A stretch of 64,000 bases of DNA from Podarcis erhardii. Taxonomy: Eukaryota. Both the position numbers and the translations under genes were made by a program. The notes below the pieces were generated by a model. It did no database searches. It was not told where the DNA came from and saw nothing but the letters and a program-made list of their open reading frames with translations. Shown in pieces: positions 51,880 through 64,000 of this stretch (positions are counted from its first letter, which is position 1; the number at the start of each line of letters is the position of its first letter). The stretch lies in NCBI GenBank assembly GCA_964252035.1, contig OZ176200.1. One strand, given 5' to 3'.

Positions 51880-52220
51880 CAGAGACTACCTGCTCCCAGA
51901 CCTACTAAAATCTCACACCAACTGGTGGGCTGCCCTGTTGGCAGTTATTTTCATTAATTGACTAGTCGGGAATAATGCCTGATGTCTAGGTCACAGCTAT
52001 AATTATCCCTATATTTAAAAGGGGTTCAATATCTGACCCAGCTAACTATCATCGAATCAGTCTGCTATCTATAATTAGCGAATTATATGCAAAACAGCTC
52101 CATACTAGGTTGGTGGGCTGGTTAACTGATGAAGCTATCCGTGCCGACGAGCAGCCAGAATTTAGACAAGGTAGATCCACCATAGACCACTGTTTTGTAC
52201 TAGCCCATCTAATAGGCTAA
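51880..52220 (+). mobile_element. Non-LTR retrotransposon RT fragment (RTE/RTEX-like; clade uncertain)
   Basis: Not in the ORF track. Manual translation gives GIMPDV*VTAIIIPIFKRGSISDPANYHRISLLSIISELYAKQLHTRL...DEQPEFRQGRSTIDHCF, matching the non-LTR RT N-terminal motifs IPIxKKG..NYRPISLL..QxGFRxGRST. Confidence 0.85.
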
Positions 52221-52232
52221 GAAACCTGGTGG

Positions 52233-52423
52233 TTAATTCGTTCTGGAGGTCTGTTCTTAACCTGAGGTACCACTTTAGCTAATGGGGCCTCCCGCTGCCG
52301 CTGCGCGATTTCTGTTATCATCCTGAAGCAAAGTTCTTAACCCGAGGTACTATTTCTGGGTTAGCGGAGTCTGTAACCTGAAGCGTCTGTAACCTGAAGT
52401 GTCTGTAACCCGAGGTACCACTG
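52233..52423. mobile_element. Same Tc1/mariner-type MITE family, left end missing
   Basis: Aligns to 14185-14357 (ttaattcgttctggaggt...ctttagctaatggggcctcc...gtaacccgaggtaccactg). The right TIR is present and the left TIR is absent. Confidence 0.88.
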
Positions 52424-53288
52424 CATGCATGTTTCATTGATGTGAAAGCTGCATTCAATTCAATTTCTCAAGGAAGACTGTGGGACAAATTGAATTCTTC
52501 AGCTGACAATGACTTGTGCCAGCCCTCTCAAATGCCACTTGTCCTTCTTTGCCAAGCTCCACGGGCTTGCAAAAGGTTGCTTTACACATGCATGTTCAGT
52601 ATTTTGCTGTTTTGAGAGAATTCAGATTAACCATTATATGACTTAATCAGCCAGATTTCTGGGGATGGATGTTCACTCTATTAGGCATAAAGCCATTTGG
52701 GTCTTCTCCAAAGTTGCCATTTAAGGAAAAGTCCAACATATATTATCTAATATCTAATGGTGACACTGGGAAATGCAAAGGCAGTTAGGCATCCCAGCTA
52801 AAAAAAATTTTTTAGTTGCAGTATTTGTAAAAGTGTCATGTATAGATTTTAGATATATTATCAGAACTACATAAATAATTGGATGGATGCTACTTATAAC
52901 CAAGCATACTCTTATATAAGCATATACACACTTAAACATGAAATGATGTGCATATATGCTAACGTTTTCCCCCTTACAGAGTTAAAATAAGCTGGGAAAG
53001 TGTTTTATTTTCAATAAATGACATGCAATATCTTTCCTCATAATACAAGCATCTCCCTGTCGTGCTCATTTCAAAAAAACCTTCTACTTTTTGCCTGCAG
53101 CCGTCAATCAGCTTGTTCACTGATTTTAAAGTTTTTTACATGCTGCAGTTTGGATTTGGTCTTTAGTTCAGTTTATCACTGTCCCTAGATCTGCATGGTT
53201 TTGTTTATTTGATGTGTCTCTTAAGTACTAATGTTAGTGGGATCATTTCCCCTTTGGCAAGTAGTCACACACTTTGGCACACTCTGAC

Positions 53289-53424
53289 CAGGCCCATGCA
53301 GTGGGGGTGGGCAGCCCTGGGCCTTGGAGGGCTAAGTTGCTTAGGGCCCCCCGCCAGCACTTATGCTGTCATGCTAAGAACAAGACTCCCACCCGGGGCC
53401 TCAGACAAGTTCTACACAGGCCTG
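53289..53424. mobile_element. Small hAT-type MITE
   Basis: caggcc...ggcctg termini and 8-bp flanks actctgac versus aatctgac (7/8). Confidence 0.65.
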
Positions 53425-55604
53425 AATCTGACCAAAGTGAGTTGAATGGTAGAGTTAATGCACAAGTGTAAATTTGTCCCACTGATGTCAGTGGGACTTA
53501 ACTTTGCCTGAACTTTGCCCATTATGGTTCCACAATTTCAGATTCACCTTGTTGAGCAAAACATATGAAACATAGCTAGTATCTCCTCACCTGGTATGGA
53601 TTTGAAAGCTGAAAAGTACTATCCGTTAATTTCTCCCAGTTAAATGGTATTGCTCTTTGGTTTCATAAATCTAGGCTAGTAAAAGACAACAGACCAATTT
53701 CCATCATGATTGCTTTTTTAATGTAAGGAGCTTCCATAGATGTGGCAATGACAAAGGTCTCTGCACTGTACCTATGAGATCTAAACATTGGATATGGGGA
53801 TTCTAGTAAACCTCCAGAAGCTATGCCAGATATGGATATCTGAGATTTACTAGTCACATCCTTGAAATGAAACCTGCTTCAATTTTTAACAGCAGCAGAA
53901 TAAAAGAAAAGAGTAGATAATAATGGAGGTGCAGTACTATTTTCTAGAGCAGTTAAGCTTTCTAGATGGGCTGTTTGAAAAATGTGTTTTTAAGCAACAA
54001 AACCACCAACTGCACCATTTTTAAAAGTCCAAAAATACTGCAGTGTTTGCAGGAACATTTCCAATATCTTGTGAGACAGGTTTTCTGCAGTGAGTGCAAC
54101 ATTCATCAAATGAGAGCATAAAGTGCTTCCTGGGTCTCACAGTTTAACAGTGAAACATGAACTTCTAGACTCTCAAATGTGCCTTTTATTTTCTCAATTA
54201 AGCATCCCTTTCTGTTCATTTTGCATATCATCCACAGGGTTTGGGAACCACTGCTCTAGAATATCAAGTGTGGGTCAAATAAAGAGCACTAAGGAAAAAA
54301 AGAAGGAACACTTGGGTCTAAGAGTAAGAAAAGGACAGTTTTACAATTTTCTACAGTTAAACCTCTAACTTTCCAACTTTTCATGGCAATCCTATTGTTT
54401 CTCTTTCTGAATAAATATCCCACCCATGTACTCTGCCCCTTCTGTGCCCCCTCCCAATAATTTTCAAGGTGTGCTGCTACCTTCTGTGTACAAAGGAAAA
54501 ATGAATCTCATTTCCATGGCAAGCACATTCCCTTGTACTATTTCAGCCTCTTATGTTTATCTTCTCCTTCATTTCACCCTCACCCACCCTCCGCCAAGGA
54601 GTGCTACTATACTTTGCCCCCAGCCTTGAGCTCCAAGTATTCTCCTCACAACTTACACTGTGCACTTTAGAGAGAGAGAGAGATGCACAGCATCAGGTCC
54701 TAAATTAAACTGCCTGCTGAATCAGGTGTAAGAGTCAGTCTAGAGGAGGCCAGCTAATTGCGGGAGCTCTATTCTGGCTGTTGTGATCAATACTACCAGG
54801 ACCTGAGTGCATTAGAAATAGATAGTGTGCTCTAGACAGCCCCACCTCACTGTCACATAGGTCAGGCTCCTAGACAGCTAAAAGTTCTTGAGCCTCTTGG
54901 CAGAGACTTAATGTTCAAAGATATAAATGGGCTAAGTCTTAAATGACCATGACAAATGCCACCTACCTTTGCAGTAGATGGTTTAAGTTGACTCATAAAT
55001 AGTTTCTAAGACTGGCTATCTACTTCCCAAAGCAACAGCAATAGCAGCACCCCTGCACACATTTTGATGGGAGTTTTGTGGCAATCATAAAATGTAGAAC
55101 CATTACCAAGGTTTTCCAAGGAAAGTTTGGCTCTTATAAAAAAAAGGTTGAATTTGTTGTTGTTGTTTGTTTAACTGCCCCACACAACTGAAGGCATGAA
55201 ACGAGAAAGCAAATAAAAACTAGCCTCCTGGTGTAATTATTTGTAAAAAAAATACTAAGAAAACTGAAGCAAACATCCATAACCAATTCCATACATAGAA
55301 TTCATATGAACTGCAGATTGGCACTGTGCAAACTGTATTATAGAGAAATGGCAATTCCTTTTAATAAAGGAATAATTTTTTATCATGCATAAGTCGGGGG
55401 GGGTTTGCATCGTGGAGCCATTTCCTCTCATGGGAGAAAAAGACTATAACAGCTTGTGGCCTGCACTCTCGCTATGCCACCCATCTGTGGTTCAATAAAA
55501 TTTTGGCCTGTTATTTTAAACTAGTGCATGCCTGATCTCAGTGATGGTCCAAAATGCTGGGACCTGAAGCAGAAGTCCAAGTACACCCACATAAGTGTGG
55601 CAAA

Positions 55605-56140
55605 AGTATTTATTTTTTAAATAATTTCTGTACTGCTTCATACGGTAGTTTCTAAACAGGTTACAGCCTAAATAAACATTGGTTAAAAGTAACCATAAGA
55701 TCAGAAAAACTTACTTAAAATGGCTACTAAAATAAAATTAAAAGTAACCACCAAGTGCCAGAAATTTGTAAGGGAGGGCACTGGCAGAGGAAGGGGGGAC
55801 CCCGGGTGTCATCCGGGGGGGGGGTGACATCGCCATGGGCAGCACCCTCCTGGGATGCTCACTGCTTGCCACAACGCCCCCCTGGGACGTTCACCACAGG
55901 CATCACTGCCCCTATTGGCGGTTCGCCCTGCCCTCAGGTGCACAACATGTGCGCCGCTCTGAGTGCCGGAGCAGCTAGCTCCGCCTCTGAGGGAGGGTAG
56001 CTGTCTGATCTCAGTCAGGAGACAGTTCCACAGAATTTGACCTGCAATACTGAATGCACAGCTACTGGCGGATATGAACTCTGCATCTGAGCCACAGTGG
56101 ACAACTAGCACTGACTCCCCTGAAGACTTCAATGATCAGG
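55605..56140 (-). mobile_element. L2 3' end, split by a hAT MITE
   Basis: AFSIAGQILWNCLLTEIRQLPSL matches the L2 C-terminal motif AFSVAAPxLWNxLP. The tail ends in ...aaataaatac. Confidence 0.75.
55779..55989. mobile_element. hAT-type MITE inserted in an L2 3' fragment
   Basis: Perfect 8-bp TSD agggaggg (55771-55778 and 55990-55997). Imperfect TIRs cactggcagag / ctccgcctctg. GC-rich interior. Confidence 0.8.
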
Positions 56141-56686
56141 CAGGAATATAAGCTATCCTTTTATAATAATGAACTGCCATCTGAAGCGGGCTGCTTCACA
56201 CTGCCTAACTGTAGGACTAATCCTGCCTTTTAAAAAATAATAAAAGAAAATAGAGCTTAAGAGCTTTTCAGTTTGGCTAGGTACACAACCAGTTCAGATG
56301 AAATGGATCGGCATGTCAAGACAATAATGGCGGAATTGCAGCAGCCCGGGCCACTTAGCCAATGTGCTTGCCCCACCACCAAGATAGTTGCTCATCTCTT
56401 TGGACATTACTCAGACAGGGCCTTCACAAATATTATTCATCATTCACAGGCCTGGATTAAACAGTTAGTTCCTATATATCATATGCTCCAACATTTCTCT
56501 GATGAAAATAGGAACAACCCATTCCATAATGATCATTTTACTATTTATACCCCACACATCTTACTGGGTTGCCCCAGCCACTCTGGGCAGCTTTCAATAT
56601 ATATATAAACATAATAAACCGTTAAACATTAACAAAAATTTCCCTATACAGGATTGCCTTCAAACAGCTTGGGCGTCAGATAACTC

Positions 56687-56822
56687 CATACCCTCCAACA
56701 TTTCTCCAATGAAAATAGGGACATCCTAAGGAAAAGTGGGACAACCCAGGATCAAATCAGAAACCATGACAGCTTCTCTAAATGAGGGATGTCCCTGGAA
56801 AATAGGGACACTTGGAGGATCT
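56687..56822. mobile_element. hAT-like MITE (CATACCCTCCAAC end) with ATAGGGAC subterminal motifs; a second partial left end at about 56483-56520
   Basis: cataccctccaacatttctccaatgaaaatagggac ... aaatagggacacttggagga. The left end is duplicated nearby as catatgctccaacatttctctgatgaaaatagg. Confidence 0.7.
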
Positions 56823-57198
56823 GATATCTTATGAGTATAAGAACCATGTAGCTCAAACAAGGCATGTAGGCCTTGTCCAAACATTATATCAGATGCATAA
56901 TGATGCTGCACACAGGCTGCATTGCTTTTAGAATTTGTCCAAACCAACCTGCGTTTCTGCTCATGTCAGATGTTTGGGTTAACCACAGCAGGCAGTTTTT
57001 CACATACTAGAATTCTAAGTAGGTTGATCGGTGGCATGAAAAATTATGATCCATGCCTATAATTAACTGTTGACGTCTGGTTGAAGCAAAAGCATTTTTT
57101 TAAACGCTCAGGTGGAAACGAAGCTATTTCCAAGCAGGTTTATCATTCCTGCAGTTTGTAAATGTGATTCTCGAAAGACTTACAGCTACAGTATAAAG

Positions 57199-57596
57199 AA
57201 GGGATGGGGAACCCTTTTCAGCCCAAATGCTGTATACCAAGGGGCTCTCAGATGTCTGTGGTGGGTGGGAACTTAAACAAAGACAGGCAGAACCAAAGTG
57301 GACAGCAATGGATGATATTCTTACCTGTGTTGAATTCTTTCCTCTGTAAAGTAGGCTACATCCCAGTCACACCAAGGTAAGAGGTTTCCAGGCATACTCA
57401 TACCCACACATCTTTCTCTCCACACTCAGGCAAGCAAGAGGCACTGTCATATTCCAGACAGGGAAAAGCACCTGAGGAGGGTCTGTGAGGTGTGTAACCT
57501 GAGCAAAAGGGGAGCAGCTAAGAGAGAGTCCCAAAGGTCTGAGAGAAACGCATGGAGGGCCCCATCCAATCCAAGGCCTGAGGTTCTCAACCCCTG
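57199..57596. mobile_element. Degenerate hAT-like MITE
   Basis: gggatggggaacc ... ggttctcaacccctg resemble CAGGGGTGGGGAACC-type TIRs. No TSD. Confidence 0.45.
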
Positions 57597-58079
57597 AAAT
57601 AATATCTGTATGAAACAGAAAGTCCCATAAATTTAATTATGATTACACAAGAACATGCAGACTGATGCTGGAAGGTAGGCACAGTGAGTTAGCCAAATGA
57701 TTTGACCCTAATTTCAGTGTTCCAAACAATTTATCCCCTTGCCCTCTTTATTCAAAGGGCAACATGCGTAATTATTGATATTTGAATAAAGTAAGTAAGC
57801 AAAGCCATTAGTCTGTCATTTCCGAGCTTCTAAAATGCTTTAATGATTTTAGATGAAAATGGTGGAGGGGTAGGGGACTTTTACAGGGAACATAAAGTAA
57901 TGCATCTCAGAAGGGAGAAATTCAAAGGCTTTATAATTTCCTTTTGACCTCCCTGATGAACAAGGTTAAGATACAGCTTTGATCTGGAATCTCTGTGTGT
58001 GATCACATCCAAGATTTTGCTATAAAAGAAACTATACTTGGTCCTGGAAACAGAGTTTCAAATTACATAAATGCATAGA

Positions 58080-58560
58080 CCTTGGAACCACCCACCCCAG
58101 TGCCTCTGTCTTATCAGGATTCAGTTTCAGTTTACTGGCCCTTATCCAGTCCACCACTGCATCCAGGCATCAGTCTAGGTTGTAACTGCCAGGGGTCTGA
58201 GGCACAATTACCCAATATTACTCTCTGGAACTGGCCCAGGAACCAATGCAGGAGGACACCATGGACAATGGTGTCAAAAGTCACTGAGAAATCAAGCAAG
58301 AGTAACTTGGTGGCAGCCTTGCTGTCTCTTTCCCAATAAGCATAATCTGCCAAGTGATCAAGGTGAATTCCAACCTAAACCTGGGCCTGAGCCCAGACTG
58401 GAATGGGTCCAGAAAACTAGTATCTTCCTAAAACATCTTGCCCAAAGAAGGGGAATTTTTTGCAGGTGGTAGTTATTGTAAACGTCTGGGTTCAATGAGG
58501 TCTTCTTTAGGAGTGGTCGCATAATTGCTTCTCTTCTCATAATTTAAGGAGCGACCAAAA
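58080..58560 (-). mobile_element. Degraded L2 (CR1/L2 superfamily) RT fragment
   Basis: EAIMRPLLKKTSLNPDVYNNY and LLLLDFSVTFDTIVHGVLL..QRVILG match the L2 RT motifs EAVVRPLLKKPSLDP..NY and LLDLSAAFDTIDH. Confidence 0.85.
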
Positions 58561-59019
58561 TACTGTAGTAATGCAGGCATAACACTGCAAGAAAGGACGA
58601 CCTTTACAGAGCTGTGCTGTTCAACACATTGAGAATACAGGGGTGGGGGGCGGTCTGTAAGGCTGTGACTAAATGCAAGGATATTCAAGCCTCAAAACTT
58701 TGGCAGTCTCAATCAGAAATTGAGCTGGCAGCCACAACCTTCTTACCTGCATACATCTTCATTGTGTGGGTTTCCTGGAAAACACATTACTCATGTATAT
58801 CGAGTCAGAGCATCCTAAAATAATTGGATCATTTTCAATGTAAAGTAAACCCAGACTTCAATAATGTTGGTCTGTAACCTTGCCACACTCTTGCTGCAAG
58901 GTTGTTTTTCTAAAAGGCATTTACTGGATGTGCATAGGATTGAAGCAAGACTCCTATTTTCCACATCAAGCAGGATTATCAGTGATTGGTAAGTAGGGTA
59001 TTTGTTTCATTTTTATCTT

Positions 59020-59150
59020 CTCCTTTCTCCAGGCTGCTCAAGGAAGCATCTCTTGCTCCAGTTTTCCCTTACAACATCCCTGTGAGGTGGGTGAGATTGC
59101 GAGATAGTACACAGCCTAAGTTCACCCAGTAAATTTCATAGCTAAGTGGT
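59020..59150 (-). mobile_element. Same SINE family, partial, inverted relative to 59191-59420
   Basis: cttacaacatccctgtgagg and aagttcacccag are reverse complements of the core of the adjacent copy. Confidence 0.7.
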
Positions 59151-59190
59151 CCAACTGGCATCACAATATCGCTGGCAGCTTTTCTTTCCA

Positions 59191-59420
59191 GAGTCAGTGA
59201 GATGTAATGGCTAGAGTGTTGGACTAGGACCTAGGAGACCAGGGTTTGAATCCCCACTCATCCATGAAGCCCACTGGGTGACCTTGGGCCAGTCACCATA
59301 TCTTAGCCTAAACTACCTCACAGAATTGTTGTGAGGATGAATTGGGAGAGAGGGGAACCATGTACACCACCTTGAGATCCTTGGAAGAAAAATGTGGTAT
59401 ATAAATGAAATAAATAAATA
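59191..59420 (+). mobile_element. tRNA-derived squamate SINE (Squam3-like), near full length
   Basis: A-box-like tggctagagtg, B-box ggtttgaatcc, conserved core ctgggtgaccttgggccagtc...cctcacag..ttgttgtgagg, and a (TAAA)n tail. Confidence 0.8.
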
Positions 59421-61733
59421 TGTTGGAAGCAACCCAGAGTGGCTGGGGCAACCTAGTCAGATGGGTGGGGTATAAATAATAAAATTAATTATTTTTTATT
59501 ATTCACCAGCTGGGGCTGAAATGCTTCTATTATCTGCCAGAAGTAAACAGTGAGTTAACTGGGATTGTCCAGGGGTTGGGTTTGACCTTTGAGCTATTGC
59601 CATATACTGCTGCAACAAACCATTTTCAGTTCTTCTGCTCTGTCACAAGCTCCTCCGCCCACCCTGTATGTTGGATGCAATATTTAGGAAAGCAATTCAG
59701 AATTACTCTACGGCAAACAAACTGCTAAATAACCCACTGACAATCTAAATGTTGTAAGCCATTTAGTAAGGTGCATATCACTTGCTATCATTTTCATGTC
59801 CAGGAAATAAACTGTTACTGCAGTGCTGTGTTACAATTCACTCACAGGGACAGTCATTAAGTGTGTGCGGGGTTTTTTTAAAAAATATATATCTAAGAAG
59901 CTTTTGCCTATTTACTCATCTTGGGATTTCTTGTCGGGTGGTTTGCTTTCTATTTTATCATGTGTAATATAACACATAAGTGATTGTGATGAATTTGTAG
60001 TGCTAATCTTACAAGAGTGCAATACAAAAAGGTGGTCTGGATTGAAAACAGTTGTGGTCGATGTAAGGATCAGTTTTACCAGGTACTCAAAATGGAGTGT
60101 GGTGGTGAGAATGCCCATTGTCAGAAACTGATGATAATCTTTGGGAATTCATTGAGGGCATAATCTCAGCACACCCAAAAACACCACCCAAATTTGATGC
60201 TGTGACTGTGGTCGTATGGATCCGCAGGCAGCCACAATAGGAATCCAAGGTAGCACTAGAAGCACTTAACTCAGAAGTGTCCCCTCTCTTCCCTTCCCTA
60301 GCAGATGACTGAGTCTAGATTCTTCAAGTCGGGACACTCCTCTGCCCTAGGGCCAGCCCAGCTAGACAAGGAACCATAGGGCATCATCATCATGAGGGTG
60401 GGACAAGTGAAGGCAAACTTCTTATAATGTTTGCCCTAGCACAGCCATGGGGGTGACACTGGCCTCTTCTTCTTCAGGCAGCCAGATATCTTGGGCCAGC
60501 ACCAACTTCCTCTCAACTCCAATTTCCATCCCACTTAAGAGCAGACTGACTGGCACAGTGACAGTTTTTCTGCAAACCAGCCCTCTACTGGCTCCGCGAT
60601 GAGACTGTGAGAGCAGCAACAGGCACGGAGCCTTTTATAGTTCTTTGAATTCCAGCCAATGTCTGAAATCATCTTTAATGAAAAAAACAAACCACTTAAG
60701 CCCGTTTGTTTAGAGCAGACACCATATATGCACACAAACACATTACAAGCTGTATAGGCATGCCGGGAGTGGAGGGAATGTGCTCCCCTAAGGCTCTCTC
60801 ATAAAATAATTCAGTTTTGATCTAGAAACTGCCAGCCCTGTAATAATGTGGCATGGCACTGAAGCATCCTTATTAAATTACTCTTATGTTGTGGCTGGGT
60901 TTCTTAGCGCTTTTTTATGGGGGGAACACAAAATATAGATCAAAGCAGTGCTCACTATTATAGACTTTGGTGATTTTATTTTTCAGGTTGCCACTGTTAC
61001 TGCTTAAATTGCTAGGTGATCTGAAATTAATCTGGCACTTTTAGCAAACACAAGCTCAGATCTCTTGAAGCGTCCGAGGATGCAGGTTAAGCATTGTGAA
61101 TACTTAACAGTGATTTTAAAATTCATTTTCGGTACTGGACCTTCAGGACCATTTATCAACATAAACTGAGAAAAATTTAAAAGCAACAGACTTAAGACTC
61201 TCTCATGCAGTCAAGTTCCCATCAATCACTTCAGCGTAGCACAGATGACAATGTCTTACGAGGATAATTTCACATGCTTCATTCTACTTTACAGAGAAAT
61301 ACAGCTACACAAGGAGCAGTGTATTTCTTCGAAATAGTGATGTAAACTAAATCCCCAAAATATCTACTGGCTGTTCAATAGTGATTTTAGCATTGCTTGA
61401 TACACATTTCTATTTAGTATTTCATTGTGGATAGAAAATATAACAAATATAACATATTTGATCACTCATGTGATTTCATCTACCCCATTAAAAAACCATA
61501 GATCCATCTTTTAAAAAAATATTTTAATTGGATAATGATTGCACTTATTAAGTTTTAATTAAATTTATGGTCTTTTCAGACAATCTGTAGCATAACAAAA
61601 GTACAGTTATTATTGATTTATTGCTCAGTATCAACATCAAATCCTTCAAATGGTTTTTTCTGACTCTGATTATTTTACTGTTTCAGCCATACCTCTTGCT
61701 TGTTGACAAGTTCATTTGCCTGTCTGACATCTA

Positions 61734-62038
61734 AAGGTAAAGGTAAAGGTACCCCTGCCCATACGGGCCAGTCGTGTCCGACTCTAGGGTTGCGTGCTCA
61801 TCTCGCTCTAGAGGCCGTGAGCCGGCGCTGTCCGAAGACACTTCCAGGTCACATGGCCAGCGTGACGAAGCTGCAGCTGGCGAGCCAGCACCAGCACAGC
61901 ACACGGAAACGCCGTTTACCTTCCCGCTATAAAGCGGTCCCTATTTATCTACTTGCACTTAAGAGTGCTTTCGAACTGCTAGGTGGGCAGGAGCTGGGAC
62001 CGAACGACGGGAGCTCACCCCACCGCGGGGATTCGAAC
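61734..62038 (-). mobile_element. Sauria SINE, 5'-truncated at the B-box
   Basis: (ACCTTT)n tail seen as aaaggtaaaggtaaagg, a typical Sauria-SINE body (gtcgtgtccgactctagggttgcg...ctcatctcgct...ggtcacatggccagc), and the B-box GTTCGAATCC on the minus strand at 62029-62038. Candidate 12-bp TSD gtctgacatcta (61722-61733 and 62071-62082). Confidence 0.88.
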
Positions 62039-63510
62039 GAAGGGGAGGGAAAAAATGCACATCTAGCAAAGTCTGACATCTAGCAAAGTTCAACAAGCTT
62101 CTGGGAAGATCAGGCAGGTTTTGTGTAAGGTGCTTCCAGAATCCCCCATGTCCAATGACATTCTGCTAGCCTTCTATATGATACAAACCTGATTATGAAA
62201 TGCACTTCCACTGGAAGCGCAACTGGGACGGAATATAAGCCATACATTCATTTTCTCAAAAAATCCTGAGAATAGTTTGTTAAGGTAATTGTGGTTCTGT
62301 GGGCAGAAACTGTAATTCCCATAAAACTTTTGGGGAAGTGATGTGTTTTGAATGTATGGTGTGTACACACCCTGGGGGCCAAAGATGTTTATGTTTCAGC
62401 TCTAGGATAATGACTCACATTTTCTGGGCTTTTGCATCTTAGTTAGGAGCAGTGAACCCTTGGCCCACCAGATGTTGCTGAACAACAATCCGCATTAGCC
62501 CTATGGCCTAGAACCCCTGGAATCTCACACCACTCAGAGTTGGGTGGGGTGCAACAATATCATGGCTGTAAATTGTAGCCAAGAAGTACCCAACAGGATG
62601 CCTTGTAGTTGTTGCTGGACTCTCACCATCCTTATCCTTGGACGTGCTGATGAGAGTTGCTGTCCAAAGACATCTGGAGGGCACCACATTGGCTAGTCTT
62701 GATGTATATAGCCTAAGGCAGGGCTAATGTCTCACAAATCAGTAGAACAGAAGAATCCAGTATTCCTTCTGAGACTTAGCCATCCAGAGAAGTCTCAAGC
62801 ACCTTAAAAACACACTGAGGTTTTGCAAGTGTCCTTCAGTTCAAAATACAAAAGGAAACAGTGTGGAAACTGCTACCACATATCATAGCAAAAGTAATTA
62901 TTCAAAGGTCATTTTTTATCTTTACAAAATGATTTTTTATGTTTGAAGGCCATCACTGCAGCAACATGAAATGAGTTTTTGGGAGTTACTATACTAGCCA
63001 ATACCAGGTTTTTGTTTTGTTTTGTTTCTTACAGCTGAACAATCTTTTATGCTTTCCCACAAAAGCTGTTGTGCAGAGGAGACATGATACAAATGGTTTA
63101 ATCAGGAAGACAGGCTTCCTCCCACCTCAGCAATTGATTATATTAAAGAGCTGTACAAAAATAGAGTTGGGGACAGGGCCAAATCTCCCTCTCCTGTTCC
63201 CCAGTAGGAATCTACTCTTCATTTGTAGCCAAAGAGTTCGCCAAAATAATATAACTTTGTCCCTGTGCAGTACTATGCAGCACAAGTGACTTAAATAGAC
63301 AATAGGTATACTCAACAATGGTAGGCATCTCATGGGGAAAAAACCCTCATATATTACCTACAGAACGGATACTTAGTCAACATTGATGGCTGGGATTTAG
63401 AACTTTGAAAATGGAGTCCCCTTCATGTGCACATCACAATAAAGGGACTCATGCATGGAATAGAACTGCAGGGGTATATCGTCCACACATCTGGAAAGCA
63501 AAGTTTATGT

Positions 63511-63660
63511 GGGGAGCCATAGCTTAGTGGCTGCGCACATGTGGTGTCTACAACAATGTCCCAGGCTGAATGTCCAATATCCCCTTGTACAGCAGGAAAT
63601 CCTGGTAAATCCCCGGAGAGCCTCTGCTAGGCAGTTGAGAAAATATTGGATGGCATAAAG
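63511..63660 (+). mobile_element. Degenerate copy of the same tRNA-headed SINE
   Basis: ggggagccatagcttagtggc...gtcccaggctgaatgtcc...gagagcctctgctaggcag. Confidence 0.55.
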
Positions 63661-64000
63661 TAGCATCCTAATGTCTGTACATGCAGGTTTTCTCTACATG
63701 CTGGAAGACTGCATAATTGATGTTCCAGAGCACGGAGACAGCTTCACGTGTGGATCGCTGGTCCTTCTTCCATAGTATCCTTGCTCAGGTGTCAGGAAGA
63801 ACATCTTAGTGTCCCTAAGCATTTCAGCATCACTGAGTGCCACAAGCCAGAACAACTACATCCTTCCAAAAGTATTGGTCACAACCTGAAGATCACCTAA
63901 AGGGAGGGTACATAAGATTTTTGGCAGTAACCAAGAGAACTGTGCAAACAACAACAAACAAATTGAACTCAAAGTCATGGATTCTGACTGTGTGCTTTGG

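Noticed and set aside
1-64000. CRISPR array, prophage, operon or other prokaryotic system
   Set aside because: There are no regularly spaced repeat-spacer units and no gene-dense coding. The repeat content is diagnostic of a squamate nuclear genome.

Overview
AT-rich vertebrate genomic DNA, almost certainly squamate and probably a lacertid lizard. This is inferred from Sauria-SINE copies with ACCTTT tails, a CAGTGGTACCTC-TIR Tc1/mariner MITE, and lizard-type L1, L2, CR1 and hAT remnants. It is not prokaryotic: I see no operons, CRISPR arrays, rRNA or true tRNA genes. The window looks like a large intron or intergenic interval, and I could not assign any host protein-coding exon to a named gene. 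Most ORFs in the track are chance or repeat-derived. The main structure is a three-level nest of L1-clade retroelements at 30571-36321, each level bounded by its own target-site duplication (23, 17 and 20 bp). An older 5'-truncated L1 (A, minus strand) is split by a younger L1 (B, plus strand) whose 843-codon ORF2 remnant is open once the insert is removed. B is in turn split by a complete 1675-bp element (C, minus strand) with an L1-like CpG-rich, hairpin-rich 5' end and an L1-like 3' tail but no recognisable ORF1 or ORF2, so C looks like a non-autonomous L1 parasite. Other observations are a candidate 18-nt neural-type microexon (12636-12653, minus), several splice-flanked candidate exons, a cryptic degenerate repeat array at 23.6-24.3 kb, and several TSD-bounded MITEs.
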